63,332 nt of DNA, filler included, from Octopus bimaculoides (GCF_001194135.2; 4 parts of 3 records of this genome joined end to end with filler, not necessarily neighbours in it); one strand, 5' to 3'. Counted from the first letter of the whole stretch, positions 1-13,211 are shown. Numbers and translations are program-made. Notes: generated by a model not told the origin, from the sequence alone.

Positions 1-42
<42 letters not shown>

Positions 43-864
43 TATACAAACATATACACGTAAAACAAGATAGATAAATAGAGAGAGAGATGTGCGTTAC
101 ATGACTATATGTGTGTATACACACACACAAACACACACATACATAGATAGATATACATACATAGATACATTCATATAAGTATGTATGTGTGTATATATAT
201 ATATATAAATACACACATTATATATACATCATCTAACTAACTAACTATCTATCTATCTATCTATCTATCTATATANNNNNNNNNNATATATATACATATA
301 AATGCATGCGCATACGCACATATGTATATCTATGTATGCATATGTGTGTGTGTATGTGTGCGTGTATGCGTTTGTTAATGTTACATATAATGTTCTTTAA
401 TATATATACTCAAAGAAATGATTAAATTCACACCAGTGCAATCGCATGTACACAAATATAGAGACGCACATAAACACTGTTTGTAGTAATACGTTTGAAG
501 GGAGATGAAAAGCGTAATTACTGTGACTTTAAGAGATAATAATTTAATTGTTTTGCCAAATTGCTCCATTAATATTATTAAACCTAAAAATCATTTAAGA
601 AAAAACATTGTACTCCTTTCTTCAAGGCTTTACATTTTTATTTCTGTGTATGTTCCATTTTATTGTTCGTTCGATGTAGATAGATTATGGCGAATAATAG
701 TCAGTTTTCCGTTTGGCTAATAGATCTGGAATATAGAAATAATTGTTAGAAATTTTGGTATAAGGCCATCAGTTTTTGAGGGCTCCGCAGGTACATATTT
801 TATGAAACACCGAAATGCCGATAAGAATTTTACCCGTCGAGCAAACGAATCTGCAACCTCACCC

Positions 865-927
<63 letters not shown>

Positions 928-974
928 TATTATTATTGTTGTTATTGCTGTTGTTGTTGTTGTTGTTGTTCAGT

Positions 975-1205
975 AGTTTTATTTTTATAACGTGCTTTCA
1001 CTTCACTACCAAGCGCAGCTCTGTGTGCCTTGGGCATGTGCTGTGGTTTGCTGTGATGCTCTTATGGTTACTGTATTGAAAGTGTTGTGCGTAGGATGTG
1101 TGCAGTGCCCAGTAGTGCAATTTTCTGTATGTTATATATATTTGTAATTCCTGGTGTTTTTGTTATGTATTTGTCTGAATATTTTTTTTATTATACCTAA
1201 GGCAC

Positions 1206-1252
<47 letters not shown>

Positions 1253-1824
1253 NNNNNNNNNNNNNNNNNNNNNNNNNNNNNNNNNNNNNNNNNNNNNNNN
1301 NNNNNNNNNNNNNNNNNNNNNNNNNNNNNNNNNNNNNNNNNNNNNNNNNNNNNNNNNNNNNNNNNNNNNNNNNNNNNNNNNNNNNNNNNNNNNNNNNNNN
1401 NNNNNNNNNNNNNNNNNNNNNNNNNNNNNNNNNNNNNNNNNNNNNNNNNNNNNNNNNNNNNNNNNNNNNNNNNNNNNNNNNNNNNNNNNNNNNNNNNNNN
1501 NNNNNNNNNNNNNNNNNNNNNNNNNNNNNNNNNNNNNNNNNNNNNNNNNNNNNNNNNNNNNNNNNNNCTATTTCCAGGTCTTTGTATTTTGAAGGTTTTT
1601 CCATTTCTTTTAGAGAAACGTTGTCATCTGCTGGTATTGATACATCAATTAGAAAGCATTTTTTTTCTTCATGATCTTTGACAACTATATCTGGTCTATT
1701 TGCCTTAATTTCTCTATCTGTGTGTATTGGCATATCCCAGAGTATGGTTGCTTTCTCGTTTTCTGTGACCTTTTCTGGCGTGTGTTTATACCATCTTTTT
1801 TCTGTTGTTATTCCATAATGTTGG

Positions 1825-1826
<2 letters not shown>
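975..1826 (-). mobile_element. 5'-truncated RLE non-LTR retrotransposon (R4/Dong-like), 3' end, interrupted by (TAA)n and a gap
   Basis: WDMPIHTDREIKANRPDIVVKD..CFLIDVSIP..EK..KYKDL is a PD-(D/E)xK restriction-like endonuclease. The 3' UTR is nearly identical to 62364-62520. Flanked by (TAT)n/(TGT)n at 865-970 and (TTA)n at 1826-1910. Confidence 0.85.
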
Positions 1827-1911
<85 letters not shown>

Positions 1912-2380
1912 TATATACTCAACAGATTAGACTGTTGGAAAATAAAATAATCCTAACATTGGACTACAGCAAGTAAGCTTAGATGCCAAGAACCCTCCTA
2001 AGTATCCTGGCTATCCCTAAATACAAGGGAGAAAAAATAATTAATGAGCAACCACTCGAACAAATACACGGTGAATACGGTGTGTGCTAAAATTTAATCT
2101 TTTCTTTTTTTCTTCAAAATTACATTATTTTTGAAATTTTGGGATGAGACTTTTTCATCGATTCTTGCTGAATGGGAGTACATTGAAGTGATCCCATCTC
2201 AATTCAAGTACATTATAAAGAATATATTTTATCACACCTTCACACACACACACACACACACACATACCCACGCACTCTCTCTCTATCTCTCTCAAGATTT
2301 GAGAGACAGACAGATTAAATAACATAGGTACTGACCACGTTGATTATTAGCGGAAGCAGCTCATATTGGAAGTCTGTCCA

Positions 2381-2477
2381 GGGGTGGAATCTACCATGGT
2401 GGAATATACCGTGGTGCAATTTTCCTATGGTGAAATTAATCTGGTAGAATTATCCGTGGTGGAATTTACCTAGAACC
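2381..2477. repeat. Degenerate 15-17 bp minisatellite
   Basis: About six units of GGTGGAAT.TACC.T ending in CCTAGAACC. Confidence 0.7.
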
Positions 2478-3507
2478 GCTTAAATAGCCTCTAAATATGG
2501 CGGTATAACACAATAGGATATACCACTTTTACTTATTAAACGATTTCCTAACAATCAATAGGCACATATTAATTGTTTCAAAAAAAAAGACGTAATCGAG
2601 AATAGAAGAACAGATAAGAGGGGTACATGCATATTGCAGGAATTACTGCCCCTTCTGCCGCCCCACATACCGTGTCCCAGCAGCAATCAACGAATATATA
2701 AGTATCTACTAATAAAGGACATTACTGTCTAGAGCACTTGTACTCAAATGACTGCGTACCATGTTTGCATGGCGTTTAAGTAAGCGAGTTTACAGCATTC
2801 CCCAAGAACCGGAAACCATTCCGTCACACATTTACTCATTCTGCTGAATCAATCGGTGCAACATAAATGAAAGTGTTTTACTCAAGAACACAACGCAGCA
2901 AGCTATTGAGAGATCGAAACCGATATCTTGCGATCGTGAGTGAACGCCCTAATCACCAGTCCCACAAAATTTATGCATAATACCACTTAAATTATCAAGA
3001 ATATAACATTAAACTCGAAAATAATAAACTATAATACACACCAAGTTATGAGGTATTGGAAAAAAGATATATTCCTCCCATATGATATTGTCAGAATAGT
3101 TTCAAGTGTGAGTGGGATAACACAGAGTATTGTGAGAGGGATTTTGAATAAAATAAATTAATAACAAATGTTGAAAAATTCAATAAAATAAAACGCATAT
3201 AAACGAAAATATATACGGAAAAGTACTTTCAGAATTTTTAAAGCTATATATGTGAAATACATTTGTATTTTTGGACAAGATTTTTTTATTTCTATTTTAT
3301 GTTTAACATTTTAGTGGTGGTGTTAGAATGTAAAAAATAAGATATTCTACCATTAATATAAAAGCTGGAATATGAAAAAAAATGTATGTTAATAATATCG
3401 GATTTCTACTCAAATATGAAAATAATGAAAAAAATGGTTTATATATATATGTATGTATATATATAACCATAGATTCATTCGTGCATACACACACACACAC
3501 ACACACA

Positions 3508-3545
<38 letters not shown>

Positions 3546-3966
3546 TATATATATTTATACAGAAACGAAGAAACGCACACACACACACTTGCAAACGAAC
3601 ACAGAGATTATAATATACAATATATATGTAATATATGTACATACATACATACATGTATATATACATGCATGCGTACATATATAATTATTCATAAATACAT
3701 ATATATCTAAATTCATATTTTGTCATGTTGCAAATAGGAAAACAAGGACAGCAAAATGTGGATGTTGTTGGTGAATTACGTTGTATCCTTAATTGATTTG
3801 TTTTGGAGATAGGAAATACTTTTTGTTTTTGTCTCCTGTATTCAGTTGTTTTAATATTATATTTCTAAACATACATATACATACATACAGATGTATGTGT
3901 ATATATATATATATGTGTATATATATGTATATATATATATCTGTGTATATATATCAATATATATGC

Positions 3967-3997
<31 letters not shown>

Positions 3998-4850
3998 NNN
4001 NNNNNNNNNNNNNNNNNNNNNNNNNNNNNNNNNNNNNNNNNNNNNNNNNNNNNNNNNNNNNNNNNNNNNNNNNNNNNNNNNNNNNNNNNNNNNNNNNNNN
4101 NNNNNNNNNNNNNNNNNNNNNNNNNNNNNNNNNNNNNNNNNNNNNNNNNNNNNNNNNNNNNNNNNNNNNNNNNNNNNNNNNNNNNNNNNNNNNNNNNNNN
4201 NNNNNNNNNNNNNNNNNNNNNNNNNNNNNNNNNNNNNNNNNNNNNNNNNNNNNNNNNNNNNNNNNNNNNNNNNNNNNNNNNNNNNNNNNNNNNNNNNNNN
4301 NNNNNNNNNNNNNNNNNNNNNNNNNNNNNNNNNNNNNNNNNNNNNNNNNNNNNNNNNNNNNNNNNNNNNNNNNNNNNNNNNNNNNNNNNNNNNNNNNNNN
4401 NNNNNNNNNNNNNNNNNNNNNNNNNNNNNNNNNNNNNNNNNNNNNNNNNNNNNNNNNNNNNNNNNNNNNNNNNNNNNNNNNNNNNNNNNNNNNNNNNNNN
4501 NNNNNNNNNNNNNNNNNNNNNNNNNNNNNNNNNNNNNNNNNNNNNNNNNNNNNNNNNNNNNNNNNNNNNNNNNNNNNNNNNNNNNNNNNNNNNNNNNNNN
4601 NNNNNNNNNNNNNNNNNNNNNNNNNNNNNNNNNNNNNTATATATATATATACATATGGCCTTGAGTGCTTGAGTCATCCTAAGGCTCAATGCTGTTTACT
4701 AAGTGGCTATAGTGGTATTCGTATTCATGTTTAATTATAGGTCAGTGCTTATCGAACAAACCTATGACTAAAGCATTCAAGCCTTCATTTTTTTCGTCTA
4801 TGTTGTTGTCATTTCGTTAAACTGTCCTATGTCCAATTTTAGCCAAATGC

Positions 4851-4889
<39 letters not shown>

Positions 4890-5390
4890 ACAATATTTAT
4901 TGCCAAGATATCAAAAATTGTCAAAGTGTACTACAGCGGTTTTGCCATGGAATAGGGAAACTAATTTTTCGTTTTCCGAAAAAGCAACGTTTTGGACTTA
5001 CAAGAGTTTTGCATAACAGCAACCATATGTAATGTGCCTATATCGGAATTGTGTCCTGATATGCGAAATTGCGTCTTAATGTCTCGTTTCTGATGGAAGA
5101 TTTCGAGCTCTTCCTCTCAACACCAGCAACAAGATTGATGATTTTTAATTGACTTATAGTTTTACATCCCTGACTATTTTTGGTAGTGATAGGGTGGTCG
5201 ATTGTGATTCCATTGTACTACTAGGAGTAGTTGTAACTCATCTGATGGCGCTAATACACCTGTCTCTGTCTTTTTTTTTTGTACTATGTTGTACATTATA
5301 TAGTGTACGCTGTGACCATGAGTGTTAAACTAATATACGTTGTTTGTTATTACCTTACCTGTTCCTGTTTTAATTTTTTTTTGTACAATT

Positions 5391-5451
<61 letters not shown>

Positions 5452-6874
5452 CAATAGCAGTAGTAGGGGTAGCAGCAGCAGCAGCAGCGGGCTTCGGGTA
5501 TTTACAGTGAATGTGACTGAACATGCTGTCACTGATGTTTCCTTTTGCTACCACATTCTCGTTGAAATAAAACTGCATTTGTTTCAATTAATTTCAAAAA
5601 ATAATGAAGTATTTGAGAAAATAACTTTGTCATTATGTAACTGCTGTTTGCAGCATAAAATAATATTAAATTTTGATGGAATGTTTTCATTAAATAACTA
5701 CAAAAAGTTATTTATATATTTTTGGGAGCCACTCAGTACATGCATCCACTCATTATGTATATCAGCCGATACGACTGGCTGTGAAGGCAGTGGTTAGTCC
5801 GTTGCAATTACGGTCATGCGATCAGGATTTCGATTCCCAGACCCGCCGGTGCGTTATATTCGTAACCAAAACACTTCGTTTCACATTGCTCCAGTCCTCG
5901 GAGCCATAAACGAGTAAGCCTGAGACGGACTGGAGTCCCGCTCAGAGGGACTGTTGTGATCTCGGTCACTTATGCGCAACGGAGTCTTAGCACACGAGGC
6001 ACATTCCTGTACCACTGGATCATGCAAGATATTTCTCATTTTGTCATTACTTTGCAAATTATTAATAACAAAATTTATTCTACACCATTTATCGCGACGT
6101 AAACCCAATGTTTATTGATCAAATGGACTTGTCTTGTCTATGCTTCGTAGACGAGGCCCAACGGTTTCTGTTGCTTGCGCTCAGGAGACGAGACAAAAGA
6201 AATCGAAACACATCTTTCTTCCATCGTCTACTCTAACAATCTTTCCTACTATAAGCACATTTTTAGGGAAGAGAGCCAGTCGATTATATCAAGCACCAGT
6301 ATTCAAATGCTGCATATGTAATCGACCCCCTAAAAGACGAAATGCAAAATCGACCTCCGCGGAAATTGAATTCAGAACAAAAAGCCAGACGGAATGCGGC
6401 TAAGCATTTTGTCCGACGTGCTGATCATTCTCACAATTCGTCCACTCTAACAATACTTAGAATTTCTCTGAAACATAGAATTCATTTTTAAATAAATTAC
6501 TAAACTGATCGTAATTATCTCCCATTTTGGGTGTAAACGCCTTCTTGAAATCTGCAATTTTGTTCTTTTTAACTATTTTTTTCTACGTCTGTCATAAAAC
6601 GACTTCTATTCATTAGCAATAATTATGCAGTGATTATAATAATGTTAGTGATGCTGTTGTTAATTATATTAGGTTTTTTTATAGAAACACTAATGACATA
6701 AATGTTAACAATCAGAATACGAACAACTCCAATTAACATTAACTGGTTTTATTTTATTCTATTTATTTATTTTGGCGATAATTACGATTACAGCTATAAA
6801 AATAGAGATGATATAAACTAAAATATACAATTTATCAAGGAGGAAAGTTTATGATGACAGCAACCACACTACGC

Positions 6875-6933
<59 letters not shown>

Positions 6934-7169
6934 TTGGGAAAGGGTAAAGGAATTGAAGATGGTTTTTACGTTGCCATTAACAGCTCCGTCTTAGCCTCTG
7001 GTGATTACTTGTTTCTTAGTGCAAAGTCAGTTTTTCAGTAGAATTACCATTCGATAAACACGTGTGTTTGGCACCATTATTGTGGTTGTGCAAATCTATT
7101 GCACATAGCACAATGATAACTGTAGAATATATATATATGATATTTATACATACATATATTTTTATCTCC

Positions 7170-7323
7170 TTTTTTTTCTCCTTATTTCTTTCTGTGTTCC
7201 TTTCAGTTGAAGAGCGTGCTCGAAATGTTAAAGACTTTCTCTATTCCTGAGTATTAAACTAATACACGCATTTCTTGTTTACACCACCTGTCTTCGTCTG
7301 TTGTTTTTTTTTCGTAAATTCTC

Positions 7324-7325
<2 letters not shown>
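7170..7325 (+). mobile_element. Penelope-like terminal-repeat family with hammerhead-like motif (degenerate copy)
   Basis: TTT-CAGTTGA-A-GAGC-GT-GCTC-GAA-ATGT-T-AAAGA at 7201-7234. The repeat ends in TTCTCCC followed by (AT)n. Confidence 0.5.
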
Positions 7326-7356
<31 letters not shown>

Positions 7357-7445
7357 CTAAAAATGTAAAAGATCTGAATATCTATACTCTAATAATCCAT
7401 TTTGTCCTTAGACCAAAGTGTTTTAGACCAAAGTGCCGTATCCTT

Positions 7446-7478
<33 letters not shown>

Positions 7479-7599
7479 ATGCGTTAGTCTTTGTGTGTGT
7501 GTGTGTGTGTTAGTCTCTGTGTGTGTATGTGTTAGTCTCTGTGTGTGTATCTGTGTGTGTGTGTATGTGTGTATGCAGAGTTTAACCACCTCCTGTACT

Positions 7600-7902
7600 T
7601 ACACCTTAGCATCTGCTGTGACTTTTAAACCCGACAATGTTCTGAAAAGACACCCACATAGATTGCACATCCGATTTGGACCAACGAGAGCTGCAGATAA
7701 GTTCTGATCTTTGTGGACCTTAAAATGTTTTTTGAGGCTTCCGCTCGATTTACAATCCTTCTGGCATACACTGCATTCAAAGGTGTGTACAGACATATAG
7801 GCAGAATAGTTGGTGGAGGTTCGTTTTCCATGGGATCGCAAATGAGATTTGATCCCAGCAAAAGAAAGGCATAGTCTGTCACAAATTGTGTACACAAAAG
7901 GG

Positions 7903-7905
<3 letters not shown>
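7600..7905 (-). mobile_element. C2H2 zinc-finger C-terminal tail, probably the 3' end of an RTE-type LINE ORF2 (pseudogenic)
   Basis: Three C2H2-like units: (Y)TICDRLCLSFAGIKSHLRSH, CSVCQKDCKSSGSLKKHFKVH and CNLCGCLFRTLSGLK, where a 1-nt shift restores SHSRC*. No TGEKP linkers and no splice acceptor. Confidence 0.55.
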
Positions 7906-7937
<32 letters not shown>

Positions 7938-9895
7938 TCCATATATACATACATATATGTACATACCTACATAAATATNNNNNNNNNNNNNNNNNNNNNN
8001 NNNNNNNNNNNNNNNNNNNNNNNNNNNNNNNNNNNNNNNNNNNNNNNNNNNNNNNNNNNNNNNNNNNNNNNNNNNNNNNNNNNNNNNNNNNNNNNNNNNN
8101 NNNNNNNNNNNNNNNNNNNNNNNNNNNNNNNNNNNNNNNNNNNNNNNNNNNNNNNNNNNNNNNNNNNNNNNNNNNNNNNNNNNNNNNNNNNNNNNNNNNN
8201 NNNNNNNNNNNNNNNNNNNNNNNNNNNNNNNNNNNNNNNNNNNNNNNNNNNNNNNNNNNNNNNNNNNNNNNNNNNNNNNNNNNNNNNNNNNNNNNNNNNN
8301 NNNNNNNNNNNNNNNNNNNNNNNNNNNNNNNNNNNNNNNNNNNNNNNNNNNNNNNNNNNNNNNNNNNNNNNNNNNNNNNNNNNNNNNNNNNNNNNNNNNN
8401 NNNNNNNNNNNNNNNNNNNNNNNNNNNNNNNNNNNNNNNNNNNNNNNNNNNNNNNNNNNNNNNNNNNNNNNNNNNNNNNNNNNNNNNNNNNNNNNNNNNN
8501 NNNNNNNNNNNNNNNNNNNNNNNNNNNNNNNNNNNNNNNNNNNNNNNNNNNNNNNNNNNNNNNNNNNNNNNNNNNNNNNNNNNNNNNNNNNNNNNNNNNN
8601 NNNNNNNNNNNNNNNNNNNNNNNNNNNNNNNNNNNNNNNNNNNNNNNNNNNNNNNNNNNNNNNNNNNNNNNNNNNNNNNNNNNNNNNNNNNNNNNNNNNN
8701 NNNNNNNNNNNNNNNNNNNNNNNNNNNNNNNNNNNNNNNNNNNNNNNNNNNNNNATATATACAGTCTAATAAGGTCATAATAATTTTATATTGGTAAATA
8801 TTCAAAGACTAAAATTTATATTGTGTATTTCTCTGAGGCCCGCTATCAGGAAAAAAAGTAGCTTATCATAATGATTGATTCCCAACCAAATTCTATAATT
8901 TTTCCCACTATATCAATGTGCGGAAAATGTGACAGTGCAACAGCAAAATCAATAAAGAATCTTTTCTATAGTAAAATTTAAAAAAAAAACAATTTTAAAT
9001 TCTTAACTAAATACTAACACCTGCTCCAATTCATTTCCTAATATTTATAAGATATATTTCCCATTCTATTTTTGATGAATTTAACAGTACAAACGTTTCC
9101 AGCCCGAGTTAATTATGATTTTCTAAATATAACGCCTCTTGTTGTCTAATGAGTCCGTAACGTGACTATTTTCGGTAGATGTACTGTATATTAAATGAAA
9201 GCTAGTAGCAAGCCAGTGCACATGTGCATTGAAATAAATATCTTAAGAAGCGAAATTGGTTTAAATTTATGTACTTTGATGTATTTTTATAATTATGGAA
9301 TTTGATTGTGATATTGTACTTTGTATTCCTTATCTTGAATAGATTTGATTGTAATAAGTTATTTTGAATATGATATATTTCAGAATATGTAATAATGTCT
9401 TCTGAAATAATTTGATTGTGATAATCTGTTTTTCAAAGTATATTACTGTATTTTGAAATGATTTGAATGTAATAATATATTTTGGAAGTAATTCGCTGCA
9501 AAAAAAAAAAAGGAAAAGAAATCTTATTATTTTTCCATATCTCTTGACTTGAGCGGAATATTTTGAATAGGTATTAATGTGTGTGTGTATGGAGAGAGAG
9601 AGAGGGGGTTGGAGAGAGAGATTGATCGTTGAAGTGAACGACAATTTTACCATTCAGGTTTCAGTTTTTATTGTACATCATCTTAGAGCCCTATCTTTAC
9701 ATGATCACTCGGGCTCCTATGCTGTCTAAGGATGTCTATAGCGTAATATAAAACGTATCTTACAAATGGAAGTAAAGAACTTCAACATGTCATTCAGCTT
9801 CGGAGCATCATAAGCACTGATGTAGCAACAGGAAATTTTGAAACCTGAATAATGATCCTTTAACACAGTTCCTACACAATATTTTTCTATGCGTA

Positions 9896-10115
9896 AAGGC
9901 GGCGAGCTGGCAGAAATGTTAGCACGCCGTGGCGAAATTCTTAGCGGTATTTCTTCTGCCGTTACGTTCTGAGTTCAAATTCCGCTGAGGTGGACTTTGC
10001 CTTTCATCCTTTCGGGGTCGATAAATTAAATACCAGTTGTATACTGGAATTGATCTAATCCATTGGCGCCTCCCCCAAAATTTAGGGTCGTGTGCCTAGA
10101 GTTGAAGAGAATAAT
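9896..10115 (+). mobile_element. tRNA-derived SINE, family B
   Basis: AGGCGGCGAGCTGGCAGAA...GAGTTCAAATTCCGC.GAGGT.GACTTTGCCTTTCATCCTTTCGGGGTCGATAAA. Related copies at about 6260, 14790, 16240, 20150, 27750, 32040, 34430, 36860-37235, 45700, 52665, 58075 and 61440. Confidence 0.8.
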
Positions 10116-11291
10116 ATTCTATACTTTTGTCCTGGCGTAAAATGGTGATCCATTAAATTAAGTAATTATCTAGATATATTTTATTTTTTACTGTTTAGTT
10201 TGGTTCTGTATAAAATATTCTTTTTCATATTCCTATTCTTACGCTGATTATTCCNNNNNNNNNNNNNNNNNNNNNNNNNNNNNNNNNNNNNNNNNNNNNN
10301 NNNNNNNNNNNNNNNNNNNNNNNNNNNNNNNNNNNNNNNNNNNNNNNNNNNNNNNNNNNNNNNNNNNNNNNNNNNNNNNNNNNNNNNNNNNNNNNNNNNN
10401 NNNNNNNNNNNNNNNNNNNNNNNNNNNNNNNNNNNNNNNNNNNNNNNNNNNNNNNNNNNNNNNNNNNNNNNNNNNNNNNNNNNNNNNNNNNNNNNNNNNN
10501 NNNNNNNNNNNNNNNNNNNNNNNNNNNNNNNNNNNNNNNNNNNNNNNNNNNNNNNNNNNNNNNNNNNNNNNNNNNNNNNNNNNNNNNNNNNNNNNNNNNN
10601 NNNNNNNNNNNNNNNNNNNNNNNNNNNNNNNNNNNNNNNNNNNNNNNNNNNNNNNNNNNNNNNNNNNNNNNNNNNNNNNNNNNNNNNNNNNNNNNNNNNN
10701 NNNNNNNNNNNNNNNNNNNNNNNNNNNNNNNNNNNNNNNNNNNNNNNNNNNNNNNNNNNNNNNNNNNNNNNNNNNNNNNNNNNNNNNNNNNNNNNNNNNN
10801 NNNNNNNNNNNNNNNNNNNNNNNNNNNNNNNNNNNNNNNNNNNNNNNNNNNNNNNNNNNNNNNNNNNNNNNNNNNNNNNNNNNNNNNNNNNNNNNNNNNN
10901 NNNNNNNNNNNNNNNNNNNNNNNNNNNNNNNNNNNNNNNNNNNNNNNNNNNNNNNNNNNNNNNNNNNNNNNNNNNNNNNNNNNNNNNNNNNNNNNNNNNN
11001 NNNNNNNNNNNNNNNNNNNNNNNNNNNNNNNNNNNNNNNNNNNNNNNNNNNNNNNNNNNNNNNNNNNNNNNNNNNNNNNNNNNNNNNNNNNNNNNNNNNN
11101 NNNNNNNNNNNNNNNNNNNNNNNNNNNNNNNNNNNNNNNNNNNNNNNNNNNNNNNNNNNNNNNNNNNNNNNNNNNNNNNNNNNNNNNNNNNNNNNNNNNN
11201 NNNNNNNNNNNNNNNNNNNNNNNNNNNNNNNNNNNNNNNNNNNNNNNNNNACTTCAAAATTATTCTAGTGAGTCAAGAAATAACTTTCTAC

Positions 11292-11369
<78 letters not shown>

Positions 11370-13211
11370 GTCTGTCTATCTCACTCTCTCTCTATCTATC
11401 TATCTATGTATCTATTTTTTATCTATCTCTTTCACTCTTTCTCTCCGTTCTCTATATATGTTATATGTACATGTGTATGATTTCATGTGTACACAAACAC
11501 AAATACACATATGTACACATAGATGAAGAGAGAGGAAGATAGAGAGAAAGAGAAATACCACTGACACATACGTAAGCATATATATCACTCACACATACTT
11601 ACGCATATATATGTTCTCCTTCCATGAGTAGAAATATTTAGGAATATACCATAATATACATCAATATATATATATATATANNNNNNNNNNNNNNNNNNNN
11701 NNNNNNNNNNNNNNNNNNNNNNNNNNNNNNNNNNNNNNNNNNNNNNNNNNNNNNNNNNNNNNNNNNNNNNNNNNNNNNNNNNNNNNNNNNNNNNNNNNNN
11801 NNNNNNNNNNNNNNNNNNNNNNNNNNNNNNNNNNNNNNNNNNNNNNNNNNNNNNNNNNNNNNNNNNNNNNNNNNNNNNNNNNNNNNNNNNNNNNNNNNNN
11901 NNNNNNNNNNNNNNNNNNNNNNNNNNNNNNNNNNNNNNNNNNNNNNNNNNNNNNNNNNNNNNNNNNNNNNNNNNNNNNNNNNNNNNNNNNNNNNNNNNNN
12001 NNNNNNNNNNNNNNNNNNNNNNNNNNNNNNNNNNNNNNNNNNNNNNNNNNNNNNNNNNNNNNNNNNNNNNNNNNNNNNNNNNNNNNNNNNNNNNNNNNNN
12101 NNNNNNNNNNNNNNNNNNNNNNNNNNNNNNNNNNNNNNNNNNNNNNNNNNNNNNNNNNNNNNNNNNNNNNNNNNNNNNNNNNNNNNNNNNNNNNNNNNNN
12201 NNNNNNNNNNNNNNNNNNNNNNNNNNNNNNNNNNNNNNNNNNNNNNNNNNNNNNNNNNNNNNNNNNNNNNNNNNNNNNNNNNNNNNNNNNNNNNNNNNNN
12301 NNNNNNNNNNNNNNNNNNNNNNNNNNNNNNNNNNNNNNNNNNNNNNNNNNNNNNNNNNNNNNNNNNNNNNNNNNNNNNNNNNNNNNNNNNNNNNNNNNNN
12401 NNNNNNNNNNNNNNNNNNNNNNNNNNNNNNNNNNNNNNNNNNNNNNNNNNNNNNNNNNNNNNNNNNNNNNNNNNNNNNNNNNNNNNNNNNNNNNNNNNNN
12501 NNNNNNNNNNNNNNNNNNNNNNNNNNNNNNNNNNNNNNNNNNNNNNNNNNNNNNNNNNNNNNNNNNNNNNNNNNNNNNNNNNNNNNNNNNNNNNNNNNNN
12601 NNNNNNNNNNNNNNNNNNNNNNNNNNNNNNNNNNNNNTATATATATATATATATACATATGCACATACATAAATACATACATACATACATATATATATGT
12701 TGATATATATATATATATATATATATCAACATATACGTAATACATATATGCATATAGTCATCTTTCTAAAAACAACAGCAAATCAAATTTATTAATACAT
12801 TCATAATACATTCACTATTAAAATCGACCACCTGCCATTTGACGAAATTTCAGCTGCTAACTTTGCTGCTACAAGATATATGAAATATGATGAGTTGGCA
12901 CCTGGCAACAATATATCCATTAACTTAGTCAAATTTGTACACATTAATATATGCATAACCCCATCCATTAACACCTAAATAATTATAAAGTAGATTACAT
13001 CTCCGCAATATTTACTAACGTACACAGCACTGTGTCTTGTAGTTGGTGGCCATCAGACTTTTTGTCGTTTGTTTCCTTCCATTAGCACCTACGCATAATC
13101 TGCATGTGCCTGCTACTTATTTTATATACATGTAGTGTATATGTGTTTATAGATACGTGCACGCATGTATATGCAATATGCATGTGTACGCGTACAAACG
13201 CACGCTTATAT

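Noticed and set aside
9896-9990. tRNA genes at SINE heads
   Set aside because: A/B-box-like motifs are present but there is no full cloverleaf, and each continues into a SINE body.
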